From assembly GCA_032161105.1 (NCBI GenBank), contig JAVHTD010000009.1: a DNA stretch of 64,000 nt. One strand, given 5' to 3'. The notes beneath the pieces are model-generated. The model was given only the letters and a program-made list of their open reading frames with translations. It ran no database searches and was not told where the DNA came from. This DNA is from Candidatus Thermosaccharophagus tengchongensis. GTDB lineage: Bacteria; Armatimonadota; Fervidibacteria; Fervidibacterales; Thermosaccharophagaceae. Positions 18,701 to 29,373 of this stretch are shown in pieces. Both the position numbers and the translations under genes were made by a program. The stretch's first letter is position 1; every line of letters begins with the position of its first letter.

Positions 18701-19648
18701 TTACTTTTCCCACTTCATTGGCGCCGTCTCCATGAACCTCATCGTCTCTTCAAAGCTCCTATAACCGCCGGTTGCCCCAATTGCTGTCACACACAGCGCT
18801 CCAACTGCGTTTGCGAATTTTCCAATCGTGTATAGGTCCCAACCCTTTAGCACGCCGACGAGCAACCCAGCCATGAAAGCATCTCCAGCCCCAGTCGCAT
18901 CAACTGGCGTTACATCAAATGCCGGAATGTAATGGCTCTCAATGCCATCGGTGATGTAACATCCCCTTTCGCCGAGTTTCACGCCAGCCACCTTCACACC
19001 GCTTTTGAGGAACATCTCGCATATCTGTTTTGGGTCATCCTGACCAGTCAGGTGGCGTGCCTCCTCGTAACTTGGGATGAAGTAGTCAACGAATGGCAGA
19101 CACGGCGCAAGCAATTTCATCCATCGTCCGGTCGCATCAAACACGGTATCAAGGCAGGTTATCATTCCCCTCGCCTTTGCCGCTTCAAGGAGCCTCGCAG
19201 TCGGCTCACCGTCAAACCCGGGCATGACAAATGTGCCAGCGACATCAAGCACCTTCGCTTTGGCAATCTCGTCAATGTCAAACTCCTCAAGGCGCAACGC
19301 CCCGTTTGCACCCGGATAGTGAATGAAACTCCTTTCGCCATCGCTGTGCACCATGACCATCGTTGCCGAAGTTCCAACGGTGTCGTCAACAATAATCCCG
19401 CTCACATCAACACCAGCTTGCGAAAGAGCCTTCCTTAGGAAGTCGCCAAGCGCATCATTTCCGACCTTGCCAACCACCTTAACATCCACACCAAGCTTAG
19501 CCAATCCAACAGCTGTATTTGCAGCGCATCCACCTATGTGAGTTTCCATCCTTTCGGTCAGGACGAGCTTTCCCCTCTCTGGGTAACGGTCAACGGGCTT
19601 TGCCACTACATCGGCAACAAGGATGCCGAGGCAAACCACATCTGCCAT
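18701..19648 (-). CDS. PfkB family carbohydrate kinase
   Basis: GGCAANTA, GKVGND..G, VKLGERG, DATGAGDAF. Confidence 0.92.
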   Translation of the reverse strand: MADVVCLGILVADVVAKPVDRYPERGKLVLTERMETHIGGCAANTAVGLAKLGVDVKVVGKVGNDALGDFLRKALSQAGVDVSGIIVDDTVGTSATMVMVHSDGERSFIHYPGANGALRLEEFDIDEIAKAKVLDVAGTFVMPGFDGEPTARLLEAAKARGMITCLDTVFDATGRWMKLLAPCLPFVDYFIPSYEEARHLTGQDDPKQICEMFLKSGVKVAGVKLGERGCYITDGIESHYIPAFDVTPVDATGAGDAFMAGLLVGVLKGWDLYTIGKFANAVGALCVTAIGATGGYRSFEETMRFMETAPMKWEK

Positions 19649-19692
19649 GCCGGTTCACTCCCTCACCGATGGGCATGTCCTCAAAAACAGCT

Positions 19693-21378
19693 TTACATTT
19701 GCGCAGGCGCTGACACGCCCATGAGCGTAAGGACATTCCTTATCGCAATTCTTGCGGCGTCTGTAAGCATCAGGCGAGCCGCACTCAGCTTCTCGTCATC
19801 GCTTAACACCCTGCAAGAAGTGTAGAAGCTGTGGAAGGCAGTTGCAAGCTGGTGTGCATAGCTTGTGAGCCTATGCGGCTCATAGCGCAACGCAGCCTCC
19901 TTAACCGTATCCGGCAACTCAGCCACCTCACGCATTAGAAGTTGCTCGGAACTGTGATTCAGAAGTGATAAGTCAACTTCCCCCTTTGGTATTGTCAGAG
20001 CAGGGTGTCTCTCAAGGCTTGCCTGCTTGAATATGCTGCACGCCCTCGCATGCGCATACTGGACATAGTAGACCGGATTCTCCTGGCTCTGTTTCACTGC
20101 GAGTGTGATATCAAAGTCAATCGGGCTGTCCGCACTGCGCATGAGCAAGAAGAAACGCACTGCATCAACTCCAACCCAATCTATGAGCTCCTCAAGTGTG
20201 ACCATCTCTCCCTCGCGCTTCCCCATCGGGACAAGCTCCCCATCCTTAAAGAGCCTGACAATTTGGTAAACGATGATATGCAGCCTGCTCACATCGTATC
20301 CCAAAGCCTGCAATGCGGCTTTCAGCCTCGCAACATAACCATAATGGTCCGGACCCCAGATGTTTATCAGCTTCTTGAAGCTGCGCTCATACTTGTAGAT
20401 GTGATAAGCCACATCGGCTGCAAGGTATGTCGGCGTGCCATCAGACCTGATTAGCACTCTGTCCTTATCATCGCCAAATGGTCTCGTCCTGAGCCATACG
20501 GCTCCATCCTGTTCGTATGTCCACCCGCTCTGCAACAGCCTATCTATCGCGTCTTTAACTCTGCCCTCGTCGTAGAGCCATTGCTCGCTCACCCAGCTAT
20601 CCATGTATATCCCGAAGCGCTCAAGAGTCGCCCTCTGCCTTTTGAGCATTTTCTCCTTCGCAAGCTGCGTGAACAGCGCCACCCTCTCCTCAGACGACAT
20701 GTGGAGATACATGTCGCCATGCTCGCTCTCTATCTCCTTCGCTATGTCCATGACATATTCGCCCTTGTATCCATCCTCCGGTATCCGAGCTGAGTGGCCG
20801 AAGAGTTGCAGGTAGCGGACCTCAAGCGATTGCCCGAACTTGTGCATTTGTGCGCTTGTGGCTGCATCGTTTATGTAAAACTCTCGGTGCACATTGAATC
20901 CGACCGCGCTCAGCAGGCGCGCAATTGCGTCACCGAGAACGCCGCCCCTGCCATGCCCAAGGTGCAAGGGACCGGTCGGGTTGGCACTCACAAACTCAAT
21001 TTGCACTGGCTGACCGTTGCCGACATTGCACCACCCAAAGCGTGCATCCTCAGCAACAGCTTGCCTGACCACATCCCACAGCCAGCCGGGACGAAGATAA
21101 AAGTTGATGAAGCCGGCGCCGGCAACCTCAACGCGCTCAACCAAGCTGCCATCCACATCCAGATACTTGAGGATGATGTGCGCTATTTCAATTGCGTCAC
21201 GCTTCAATTCCCTGCCGAGCATCATCGCTATGTTGGATGCGTAGTCGCCGAATGTGTGGTGCGGTGGGCGCTCAACCACAAACCTCGGCAGCTCGCCAAA
21301 CTCAATTTCGCCCCGTGAGCGAGCCTCGTTCAATGCTTTGATCAATGCCTCAGTTAGCGCATCCCTGACTGCTATCAC
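19693..21378 (-). CDS. argS: Arginine--tRNA ligase
   Basis: FGDYASN, EFVSANPTGPLHLGHGR, MGKR, NPVYYVQYAHAR. Confidence 0.97.
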   Translation of the reverse strand: MIAVRDALTEALIKALNEARSRGEIEFGELPRFVVERPPHHTFGDYASNIAMMLGRELKRDAIEIAHIILKYLDVDGSLVERVEVAGAGFINFYLRPGWLWDVVRQAVAEDARFGWCNVGNGQPVQIEFVSANPTGPLHLGHGRGGVLGDAIARLLSAVGFNVHREFYINDAATSAQMHKFGQSLEVRYLQLFGHSARIPEDGYKGEYVMDIAKEIESEHGDMYLHMSSEERVALFTQLAKEKMLKRQRATLERFGIYMDSWVSEQWLYDEGRVKDAIDRLLQSGWTYEQDGAVWLRTRPFGDDKDRVLIRSDGTPTYLAADVAYHIYKYERSFKKLINIWGPDHYGYVARLKAALQALGYDVSRLHIIVYQIVRLFKDGELVPMGKREGEMVTLEELIDWVGVDAVRFFLLMRSADSPIDFDITLAVKQSQENPVYYVQYAHARACSIFKQASLERHPALTIPKGEVDLSLLNHSSEQLLMREVAELPDTVKEAALRYEPHRLTSYAHQLATAFHSFYTSCRVLSDDEKLSAARLMLTDAARIAIRNVLTLMGVSAPAQM

Positions 21379-21410
21379 TGATGCTTCACCTCACACAGGG
21401 TAAGCGAAGG

Positions 21411-22082
21411 CTATTGCGATGTGCTCCTGACGACGATTTTCTCAATGACACATTTATCATTCCCCACTGCCACAACCGCGTAATCTCCAGCCCTCGTATA
21501 GCCGACATTTATTATGAGAGCACCATCCTTGAGCTGGCGATGCTGTGGCAGGTGCAAATGCCCGCACACATACAGCTTGGGGCGTATGAGCTTAAAGGCT
21601 TCAAGAAAGCACCTCTGCCCACCATGTGTCCCCTTTGGGGTCATGTCGGCTATCCCGATGGGGCATGCATGCGAAATAAGCACATGCACACAAACGCCCT
21701 TTGAAGCCACAGCGTTAGCGGCTTCAAGCACTTCCTCATCAAGGGTATAGAATGGCTTGCGCTTTGATTTTGCCCATATGCCGTTTATGCCGGTCAGGGT
21801 GATGCCTTTTACTTCCACAATATCACCATCGCGCAAGAGCACAGGAGTGCCATCGGCATTGCGCAACCGGCTCAGCAGCCCTATGTCATCGTGGTTGCCA
21901 TATACGGTGAGGATGGGCAATCTCGCGAGCAATTGTTCGTATGTTTCGCTCGGCACAGTTTCAGGGTCACCCCAATCGCCAGCGCATATGAGCAAATCGG
22001 GCTGCTCAGCATCCAGCGCCGAAAATAGGTGAGTCAAATCACCGTGCATGTCCGAAACGAGCAAAACGCGCATCAAGTCCAT
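21411..22082 (-). CDS. Calcineurin-like metallophosphoesterase
   Basis: SDMHG, AGDWG, GNHD, SHACP, GHLH. Confidence 0.88.
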   Translation of the reverse strand: MDLMRVLLVSDMHGDLTHLFSALDAEQPDLLICAGDWGDPETVPSETYEQLLARLPILTVYGNHDDIGLLSRLRNADGTPVLLRDGDIVEVKGITLTGINGIWAKSKRKPFYTLDEEVLEAANAVASKGVCVHVLISHACPIGIADMTPKGTHGGQRCFLEAFKLIRPKLYVCGHLHLPQHRQLKDGALIINVGYTRAGDYAVVAVGNDKCVIEKIVVRSTSQ

Positions 22083-22711
22083 CACTTCCCATGCGCTTGA
22101 ATGCGATTTGCCAGCTCCTTTATTGCGCATGCTATGCGCCTAAACGCTCTGCCCCTATGGCTAATCGCATTCTTCACCTCAATGGGGAGTTGCGCCATCG
22201 TAAAGCCCAATCCCGGAAGGTAGAATATGGGGTCGTATCCAAAGCCGCCCTCACCAATTGCCTTAAAGGCAATCAACCCCTCCACCTCATCCTCAACGGC
22301 GCTTATAAGCTCATCTGCAGTTGCAAGCGCCATCGCACACCTGTAGCGTGCTGTGCGTCTCTCCTCGGGTATTGATGACAGCATCTCCAGTATGGCTTCA
22401 TTCTTGATGTCATACGATGTTGCCCTACCCATGAACCTTGCTGAACGGCTTCCGGGAAAGCCGTCAAGGGCGTCAATCTCTAACCCCGAATCCTCAGCCA
22501 ATGATGGCAACCCGCTTACCTTTGCGGCATGCACGGCTTTTCGCTTCGCAATCTCAATGTGGCTTTCACCGTGCTCCTCAAAATCAATGTCCAAGCCAAC
22601 TTGGCGCGGCGTAATTGGCTCAATGAGCTCTGCGAGCTCGCAATCGCTCTCAATTAGCAGCAATAGCTCACGCAGCTTGCCGGCGTTTGATGTCGCAATG
22701 AATAGCTTCAT
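22082..22711 (-). CDS. rdgB: Non-canonical purine NTP pyrophosphatase (Ham1/RdgB)
   Basis: ATSNAGKLRE, EDSGL..DALDGFPG..SARF, GFGYDPIF, KNAISHRGRA. Confidence 0.92.
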   Translation of the reverse strand: MKLFIATSNAGKLRELLLLIESDCELAELIEPITPRQVGLDIDFEEHGESHIEIAKRKAVHAAKVSGLPSLAEDSGLEIDALDGFPGSRSARFMGRATSYDIKNEAILEMLSSIPEERRTARYRCAMALATADELISAVEDEVEGLIAFKAIGEGGFGYDPIFYLPGLGFTMAQLPIEVKNAISHRGRAFRRIACAIKELANRIQAHGK

Positions 22712-22712
22712 C

Positions 22713-23993
22713 TTATGCCGGCTCATGTTGCCCACCTGCTAAGGCATCATGCTTCGCAAAGACCTCACATGCGGCGCTCAGAGCCGATAGCACATCGGCA
22801 TTGAAGTTCTCCCTCCTCAGTGCCGTCCCGAGAGCCGATAGCACGAGCAGGACATTACGCCTTTGAGATGAGTATCCCATCAATCCGATGCGCCATACCC
22901 GTCCCTTCAGGGCGCCCAAGCCTGCACCAATCTCTATGTTAAACTCGTTGAGCAAGTAACCCCTAACTTTAGCCTCATCCACGCCCTCCGGGACGCAAAC
23001 GGCAATCAGGCATGGTATGCGATATTCCTTTGGGACAAAAAGCTTCAACCCCATCGCTTCAAGACCGGCGGCAAGTGCCTCACCGTTCTGAGCGTGCCTT
23101 CGCCACCGCTCCTGCAAGCCCTCTTCAAGCAGCAGCTTAAGCGCTTCCCTAAGAGCATAAACCATGTTGATTGGGGCAGTGTGATGGTAAGCCCTATCCT
23201 CACCCCAGTATGTTGATATGAGCATGGCATCGTAATACCAACTCGCTGGCTTATGCCTCCTTTTCCTTATCCGCTCAACGCCTCTGTCGCTGAATGTTAC
23301 CGGCGCGAGCCCCGGGGGACAGCCAAGGCACTTTTGCGTCCCCGAATAAGCCATATCCCAACCCCACTTATCAACAAAAACCGGCACACCACCGAGCGAT
23401 GTCACACAATCAACGATGAGCAGCGCATCAACATCTCGCACTGCCTTATAAACCTCGTCAAGCGGTTGAAGGACACCGGTGGATGTCTCGGCATGCACTA
23501 CCGCAACAACTTTTGGTGCATGCCGTCTGATCAACTTGCACATCTCATCTTGCTCAAAGCCCCTTCCCCACTCGCAATCTATGACGATGAGTTCACCGCC
23601 GATGCGCTCAACCATCTCGCACATGCGTCCGCCAAAATAGCCGTTGACGAAAACCATGACCTTATCTCCCGGCTCAACTGCGTTCACAAAACACGCCTCC
23701 ATTCCGGCGGAGCCTGTCCCAGATATCGGGAATGTTAACTTGTTCCTCGTCTGGAAGACTATGCGCAGCATCTCTCTCACTTCGTCCATTACACAAAGGA
23801 ATAGCGGGTCAAGATGACCAATCGGCGGGTGTGAGAGAGCCCTCAAAACCTTCGGATCCACATCGCTTGGTCCGGCGCCAAGCAGTATTCGGTTTGGCGG
23901 CATTGAATTGAGCGACTCCAAAAGCTTTGAAACCATCTTATCGGTAGCCTCTGTCCCCTTATCCCCAACTTCATTTGAACCTTGCGTATCCAC
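22713..23993 (-). CDS. Alanine-glyoxylate/serine-pyruvate aminotransferase (class V PLP)
   Basis: LLGAGPS, SGTGSAGME, HAETSTG, DCVTSLGG, SGTQKCL, YHHTAP, WRIGLMG. Confidence 0.92.
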   Translation of the reverse strand: MDTQGSNEVGDKGTEATDKMVSKLLESLNSMPPNRILLGAGPSDVDPKVLRALSHPPIGHLDPLFLCVMDEVREMLRIVFQTRNKLTFPISGTGSAGMEACFVNAVEPGDKVMVFVNGYFGGRMCEMVERIGGELIVIDCEWGRGFEQDEMCKLIRRHAPKVVAVVHAETSTGVLQPLDEVYKAVRDVDALLIVDCVTSLGGVPVFVDKWGWDMAYSGTQKCLGCPPGLAPVTFSDRGVERIRKRRHKPASWYYDAMLISTYWGEDRAYHHTAPINMVYALREALKLLLEEGLQERWRRHAQNGEALAAGLEAMGLKLFVPKEYRIPCLIAVCVPEGVDEAKVRGYLLNEFNIEIGAGLGALKGRVWRIGLMGYSSQRRNVLLVLSALGTALRRENFNADVLSALSAACEVFAKHDALAGGQHEPA

Positions 23994-24088
23994 TGCTTGA
24001 TCGCCTCCAATGGTGGAGCAATGAGGTTACACACTCAATGCGCGGCAGTGACGATAGCCTTGCATTTGGCAGCCGTGATTGTTAAAGC

Positions 24089-24101
24089 ATTATAGCGCAC
24101 A
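24089..24101 (-). promoter_or_regulatory. Putative extended -10 promoter (TGTGCGCTATAAT) for the aminotransferase-argS operon
   Basis: Perfect TATAAT in the divergent intergenic region; the motif recurs at 47058 and 52035. Confidence 0.5.
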
Positions 24102-24163
24102 AACCCGCCAGCTCAATTGCTCTACAATTGAGGCGTGATTGACCATCAAAGGTGGTGGGCGAC

Positions 24164-24901
24164 ATGAAGGGCAAGCCACACTGCGCAAGTGATATGCTCA
24201 TTGTAGCCGTTGATGTCAGGTCAAGTGAAGAAGCGCTCTCCCTATTGGAGGAACTATTGCCGTTGTGTAGGCAGTTCAAAGTTGGGTATGCGCTGATTTG
24301 CAACGCCGGGTTTGGCATAGTCAAGGAGATGGTGGGGATGGGCGCATCAGTGCTCATTGACCTGAAGCTGCACGATATACCGAATACGGTTTACGAGGCT
24401 TCGTTTGCGCTCGCAAAAGTGGGAGTATGGGCGATGACCATGCACGCATGCGGGGGAGCTGAGATGATGCGCGCTTGCATCTTGGGAGCACATGACGGGT
24501 CTGAGACGGCATCACAAATGGTGCCGCTCACATTCGCCGTCACACTCCTAACGAGCATATCGCAGCAACAGCTCAATGATGAGTTGCGAGTTAAAGCATC
24601 AACCACTGAATATGTCGTTGCTATGGCGAAGCTTGCAATGCATGTTGGCGCAGATGGCATTGTGGCATCTGGGTGGGAGGTCGACAGCGTAAGGAAGGCA
24701 TGCGGGGATGATTTGCTCATCCTCGTTCCGGGAGTCCGTCCATATTGGGCGAGCACCGATGATCAGCGCCGATACATAACTCCGGCTGAGGCAGTCAGGC
24801 GTGGCGCAAATTACATCGTTGTTGGGCGACCAATACTCAGGGCTGAAAACAGACAGGAGGCTCTTAAGCGAATCCTTGATGAAATCTCAAGCGCCCTCTA
24901 A
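24164..24901 (+). CDS. pyrF: Orotidine-5'-phosphate decarboxylase
   Basis: DLKLHDIPNTV, VTLLTS, VPGVRP, DQRR, VVGRPI. Confidence 0.95.
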   Translation: MKGKPHCASDMLIVAVDVRSSEEALSLLEELLPLCRQFKVGYALICNAGFGIVKEMVGMGASVLIDLKLHDIPNTVYEASFALAKVGVWAMTMHACGGAEMMRACILGAHDGSETASQMVPLTFAVTLLTSISQQQLNDELRVKASTTEYVVAMAKLAMHVGADGIVASGWEVDSVRKACGDDLLILVPGVRPYWASTDDQRRYITPAEAVRRGANYIVVGRPILRAENRQEALKRILDEISSAL

Positions 24902-24927
24902 CACGGCAAAGCCACTTCGTGATAGCC

Positions 24928-26703
24928 TTACTTGACCGGCTTGAGCAATACCGAGCGCAGGTTGATTGGACGCCAGCCGTCTGCTATCGGCTCAACCTTA
25001 AGGGTGTATTCTCCAGCCTTTATTAGCTTCACCCTTCCAGCCGTCACAGTCGTATATTTGTCGTAGTCTCCAGTTTGTGGCACTCGCATCAGCAATGTTG
25101 AGCCATCAATGATTATCCGCACTTGAACATCACTTGCCGGCGTCGCCGTTTGAACATGCACATCAAAATCGCCCGGAACTGTGACCTTAAACTTCCACTC
25201 AACCGTAGATCTCGGATCAAGCCAAAAGCCTATGTTGTCCTTTGGACCTCCATATTCATATCTCGCCGGCGTGCTAACCCCCGGCGGATTGTTCACAGTT
25301 GCATCCGCAGCCCTGAGCAAGATGGAACCATCTGCAGCCTGCCTTATCGCTTGACTGATCACTACAGGCTTGCCTTTAACCTCAAGCACAACGACGGTGC
25401 AGATTTTATCCGGCGCATCGCCTTCAAGTTGGATTACCAAACCCTCCTCTCCCTTTACAGCTCGCAGCTTGCGTGCCTTGTCAGCAAGCAAGTAACATGC
25501 GAGCGGTTCATTGCTAATGGGCACTTCAATTCCGGCGCCATCCTTCCAATCAAACACATGCAGGTAAAGTATCGTCTTCTCTCCCAACTCCTTCGTTGTG
25601 CATCTGCCCCATGTTGGTCTCCTGAACGGGCTTGCTTTCGTTCCGTAGATTGCTTCCCCATTAATCCTGAGCCATTGCCCCATTTCCCTGAGCCGTTCAA
25701 TTGATGGTTGTGGTATTTCGCCCTCCGGTGTCGGTCCAACATTCAACAAGTAGTTCCCGCCTTTACTCGCTATGTCAACGAGGTTGCGTATGAGCGTCGT
25801 TGTTGATTTCCAATTCTGGTCATACACCTTGTAGCCCCAAGTGTTGTTCATAGTCATGCAGACTTCAAAATCCCTCCCGTAGGTTGCCATCTCCGGTATG
25901 TGCTGTTCTGGCGTGTCAAAATCGCCCCGTATACCGCCTCCGAGCCTGTTGTTCATCACTATGTTCGGTTGGAGCTTTAGCAATGGCAAAAACAGCTCAG
26001 CGCGCTCCCTCGTCATATTCACAGGTGTGTCCCACCAGATGATGTCAATTTCGCCGTAGTTGGTGAACAGCTCGCGCACCTGCGGGACGGCAATCTTGCG
26101 CAGGTATTCATCAAAGCTTCCCTCCTGAGCTTTATCCCAATGACCGCCAGCTGCAGCCCCGCCCGGATGACACCAATCCTGAGCCTGCGAGTAATAAAAG
26201 CCAATCCTTACCCCTTGCCTCCTGCACGCCTCAACCAATGGCTTGAGCAAGTCCTTGCCGTAAGGCGTGGCATCAACGACATCCCAATCCGTAACCTTTG
26301 AATCAAACAGGGCAAAGCCATCGTGATGCTTTGATGTTATGACGATGTATCTCATCCCGGCTTCCCTTGCGAGGCTCACCCAAGCATTCGGGTCGTATTT
26401 GATCGGGTTGAACTTACTCGCATACTCCCTGTATTCGCTCACGGGTATGCGTGCGCGGTGCATTATCCACTCGCCTATCCCGGGTATCTCCTTGCCTTTG
26501 TATATGCCGCCGAGAACAGCATACACACCCCAATGGATGAACATGCCGAACTTGGCTTCACGCCACCATTTCATCCTCTTGTCCCTTGACTCCTCAAACC
26601 ACTGCTCCTGAGGGAACACAGCGAAGGTCGGCAGGTTGACAAGGGTAACCACAAGCGCAAGCAGAGTGAGCTTCTTCACACCACGATTACCCATACCCCA
26701 CAC
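24928..26703 (-). CDS. Secreted alpha-L-fucosidase (GH29) with C-terminal CBM-like domain
   Basis: WWREAKFGMFIHWG, TSKHHDGF, IWWD, SKGGNYLLNVGP; signal peptide; C-terminal beta-sandwich. Confidence 0.9.
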   Translation of the reverse strand: MWGMGNRGVKKLTLLALVVTLVNLPTFAVFPQEQWFEESRDKRMKWWREAKFGMFIHWGVYAVLGGIYKGKEIPGIGEWIMHRARIPVSEYREYASKFNPIKYDPNAWVSLAREAGMRYIVITSKHHDGFALFDSKVTDWDVVDATPYGKDLLKPLVEACRRQGVRIGFYYSQAQDWCHPGGAAAGGHWDKAQEGSFDEYLRKIAVPQVRELFTNYGEIDIIWWDTPVNMTRERAELFLPLLKLQPNIVMNNRLGGGIRGDFDTPEQHIPEMATYGRDFEVCMTMNNTWGYKVYDQNWKSTTTLIRNLVDIASKGGNYLLNVGPTPEGEIPQPSIERLREMGQWLRINGEAIYGTKASPFRRPTWGRCTTKELGEKTILYLHVFDWKDGAGIEVPISNEPLACYLLADKARKLRAVKGEEGLVIQLEGDAPDKICTVVVLEVKGKPVVISQAIRQAADGSILLRAADATVNNPPGVSTPARYEYGGPKDNIGFWLDPRSTVEWKFKVTVPGDFDVHVQTATPASDVQVRIIIDGSTLLMRVPQTGDYDKYTTVTAGRVKLIKAGEYTLKVEPIADGWRPINLRSVLLKPVK

Positions 26704-26861
26704 CCCCCTTTTGTAGCCTCAGCCACTCGCACAGTGCGATACTTCCACTCCATTAGCTCCGTTATCTCACCGAGAGCTAATGAAGCCTCCCCCGCTTCAA
26801 CGCATCGGAGTCACTCAATATGAGTTTCCGATAGCCTTCACGGTTGCAGCAAAGCGCAAAA

Positions 26862-28067
26862 TCACTTCCGTATGACGATCCCCTTTAGCGCTGAGGCTAT
26901 CCAGCTGAGATGGTGGTTTGAGAGGGTGCCATAGTTGAAGAAGGACAAGCCATCAACGCCGCTTTTAACGCACACATTTATGCGCTCAATAAAGCCCCCG
27001 TATGAACCGACATATTTTTCGGATGGGTTCAGTCCAACGATCAGTGTCTTCTCCCTAAGCATTACCCTGCTAACCGTAAGCTCTGTCTTCAGCTGCGATG
27101 GCGATAAGTGATATGCGAGGATTATTACACCATCAGCATGCGTCATTAGTAAGCTCGGGTCCAAGCCAATTTGCCAAAGGTTGACGGGGCGGGTCATACT
27201 GAACAGGTGCAACCTTGTCCGCTCACGAAGCCCCACCCTCTCATGGAGGAGTGCGAGGAGAGAGCCCATACTCGTTATGCGCATGTTCAAGTAGCCCTCC
27301 ATTTCCGCCCCAAACTTCGCCATAACCGTATCCCAACTGAGCTCCTCACGAGGATATGACGACGGCGATAGGAAAAAGCTCTCAAGCTCATTTCGGACGG
27401 CGTTCCTAACGGCTTGAAAATCAACCCCGCTTCCTTCAGCCCTCCTTTCGCACGCGCGGCAGAAACACAAACCGAGCAGGAACTCAATTAAGGGTGGCAG
27501 CTCAATGTCCACCTTCTCATGGTGGTAAGCATGCCTAAATGGCATGTATTCAAATGCTTCAAGTTCAACGGCATAGAACGGATAATTCGTGACGAGGTCA
27601 CCAACCATAGCCAGAATGAATTCCCTGACGGACTCGTTGCTCGGGCAAAGATGCGTGATGTAAGTGTCGCCAAAGCAGTTTACGGTTGCGCAATCCCTCC
27701 GCTGTGAGGCAATCCTTGTGTTATGGAAGCAGGATAGCCATGCGATGACTTTCATACCGAGCTTGGTGGAGACATCAATAATCTCGGCGAGCAAATTTAT
27801 ATCTTTGCACATGCTGCTTACGCTCGGCTGCAAGTCCAAGCCGGCATACCAGATCGGCATCGGTTGAAAGTAGACCACCCCTTCCTCAGCGAAGTAAACT
27901 TTGCGCTTCGGATTGTGCGGCGAGAGCATCCTTCCGGCATCGTAGCTCAGAGCTACACTGACGGCATCAATTCCAATCTCATCGCGAATGCGCTTTAACA
28001 CCACCTCAACTCCCTCATCCATCAAGTCCCACGGAAATACCCACATGCTAAGGTGCATTATTTCCAC
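26862..28067 (-). CDS. Uncharacterised glycoside hydrolase-like TIM-barrel protein
   Basis: FPWD, W..CFHN, LCPSNE.VR, LCFC..C, YGTL motifs of GHL/DUF187-like barrels. Confidence 0.55.
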   Translation of the reverse strand: MEIMHLSMWVFPWDLMDEGVEVVLKRIRDEIGIDAVSVALSYDAGRMLSPHNPKRKVYFAEEGVVYFQPMPIWYAGLDLQPSVSSMCKDINLLAEIIDVSTKLGMKVIAWLSCFHNTRIASQRRDCATVNCFGDTYITHLCPSNESVREFILAMVGDLVTNYPFYAVELEAFEYMPFRHAYHHEKVDIELPPLIEFLLGLCFCRACERRAEGSGVDFQAVRNAVRNELESFFLSPSSYPREELSWDTVMAKFGAEMEGYLNMRITSMGSLLALLHERVGLRERTRLHLFSMTRPVNLWQIGLDPSLLMTHADGVIILAYHLSPSQLKTELTVSRVMLREKTLIVGLNPSEKYVGSYGGFIERINVCVKSGVDGLSFFNYGTLSNHHLSWIASALKGIVIRK

Positions 28068-28517
28068 CCCGCCTGCGCCTTATCATGATATGCGCGCCAC
28101 CGGCGTTTTCCCACGGAACGAAAAACATCAAAGCCAAATGCAGTGGGTGATGACCTCCCTCAGCCCCATGCGAATGTCGTCATAGCTAATCTTGAAGCAT
28201 CGGGATGGCGATGTAAAAGGTGCAGTAGGCAAACTATAAGTGCCGAGCAGAAAGCCGTTGCAAAACGCGGAGCGTTGAAACGCCATCATATGGTGCTCGG
28301 CGCGGGTTTTAGCATTGCCTCGCTATTGCTCCGCTCTGGATTGGAAATACATTGAACATTCACTGTTTGCATCGCCACAAGGGTTTACCGGCGATCAATC
28401 CTTCCATCATGGGCGCAATTGCGAGGCAGTCTCTGTCGGGCTTTGTTTTCCATTGTCCATTGCGCAAGGCATCATAAGCACAGAGCAAAAGGTTACTACT
28501 AAAAGGGGTGATGGGGA

Positions 28518-29300
28518 GTGAGCATCAGAGGACGCAATCGGAGTAAAAGCGCAAAGGGCAAACACAGGTTGGATGGGGTTACCCTTGATGACCTTGAGCT
28601 GCTTGACTCATCAAGGCAATCTCCCGATTTCACAAAGACTGACACTTGGCGAGTCCTTCGCATCATGGGTGAGTTCGTTCACGGCTTTGAATTGCTTTCA
28701 CGCGTAGGACCTGCTATTGCCATATTCGGTTCCGCAAGGGTTGGACCCGATGACGAATATTACAAGGCAGCGATGCGCACTGCTGAGCTGCTCGCCAGCA
28801 ACGGCTTGGCAGTAATCACCGGCGGAGGACCCGGCATAATGGAAGCCGCAAACAAAGGCGCAAAGCTTGCCGGAGGATTGTCAATCGGGCTTAACATTGA
28901 GCTTCCGAAGGAGCAGCAGTCAAACCCATACCAAGATATAGCCATACTCTTCCACTACTTCTTCTGCCGCAAGATGATGTTCGTCAAATACTCACTCGGC
29001 TTCGTCATCTTCCCAGGTGGCTATGGGACGCTTGATGAGCTCACCGAAGCATTGTGCTTAGTTCAGACGGGACGCATACTCAATTTCCCAATCGTGCTCT
29101 ACGGAAGCGAGTATTGGGATGGGTTTATCAGGTGGATAAGCGAGACGATGCTCCCACTCGGATACATCTCGCCCGAAGATACGGAGCTGTTTTGCGTTGT
29201 CGATTCCCCTGAAGACGCTGTTGAGGCGGTCATGAAACGCTTGGTTGAGCTTAAAAGGAGGGCACGGTTTCAACACGGGAAGGGCACAGCCAGCCGATGA
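28518..29300 (+). CDS. LOG family protein (TIGR00730, nucleotide monophosphate nucleosidase)
   Basis: FGSAR, TGGGPGIMEAAN, RKMMF, FPGGYGTLDE. Confidence 0.92.
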   Translation: MSIRGRNRSKSAKGKHRLDGVTLDDLELLDSSRQSPDFTKTDTWRVLRIMGEFVHGFELLSRVGPAIAIFGSARVGPDDEYYKAAMRTAELLASNGLAVITGGGPGIMEAANKGAKLAGGLSIGLNIELPKEQQSNPYQDIAILFHYFFCRKMMFVKYSLGFVIFPGGYGTLDELTEALCLVQTGRILNFPIVLYGSEYWDGFIRWISETMLPLGYISPEDTELFCVVDSPEDAVEAVMKRLVELKRRARFQHGKGTASR

Positions 29301-29346
29301 GTGAAGGGCACCATGGAGCTATAGCATTGTATGAAGGGAGCTGTAG

Positions 29347-29373
29347 TTAGCACTCCAATCTTATGAGTGCTAA
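29347..29373 (+). promoter_or_regulatory. CIRCE element (HrcA operator)
   Basis: Perfect TTAGCACTC-N9-GAGTGCTAA upstream of groEL. Confidence 0.97.

Noticed and set aside
26751..26782. 9-bp inverted repeat cattagctc/gagctaatg upstream of the fucosidase
   Set aside because: Single occurrence, no U-tract and no recognisable operator consensus
28236..28508. Weak direct repeat (28236-28270 vs 28474-28508) giving ISAEQKAVAKRG / ISTEQKVTTKRG in two short ORFs
   Set aside because: Only 22 of 35 bases match, the flanks are unrelated and the ORFs look non-coding; chance or an ancient relic
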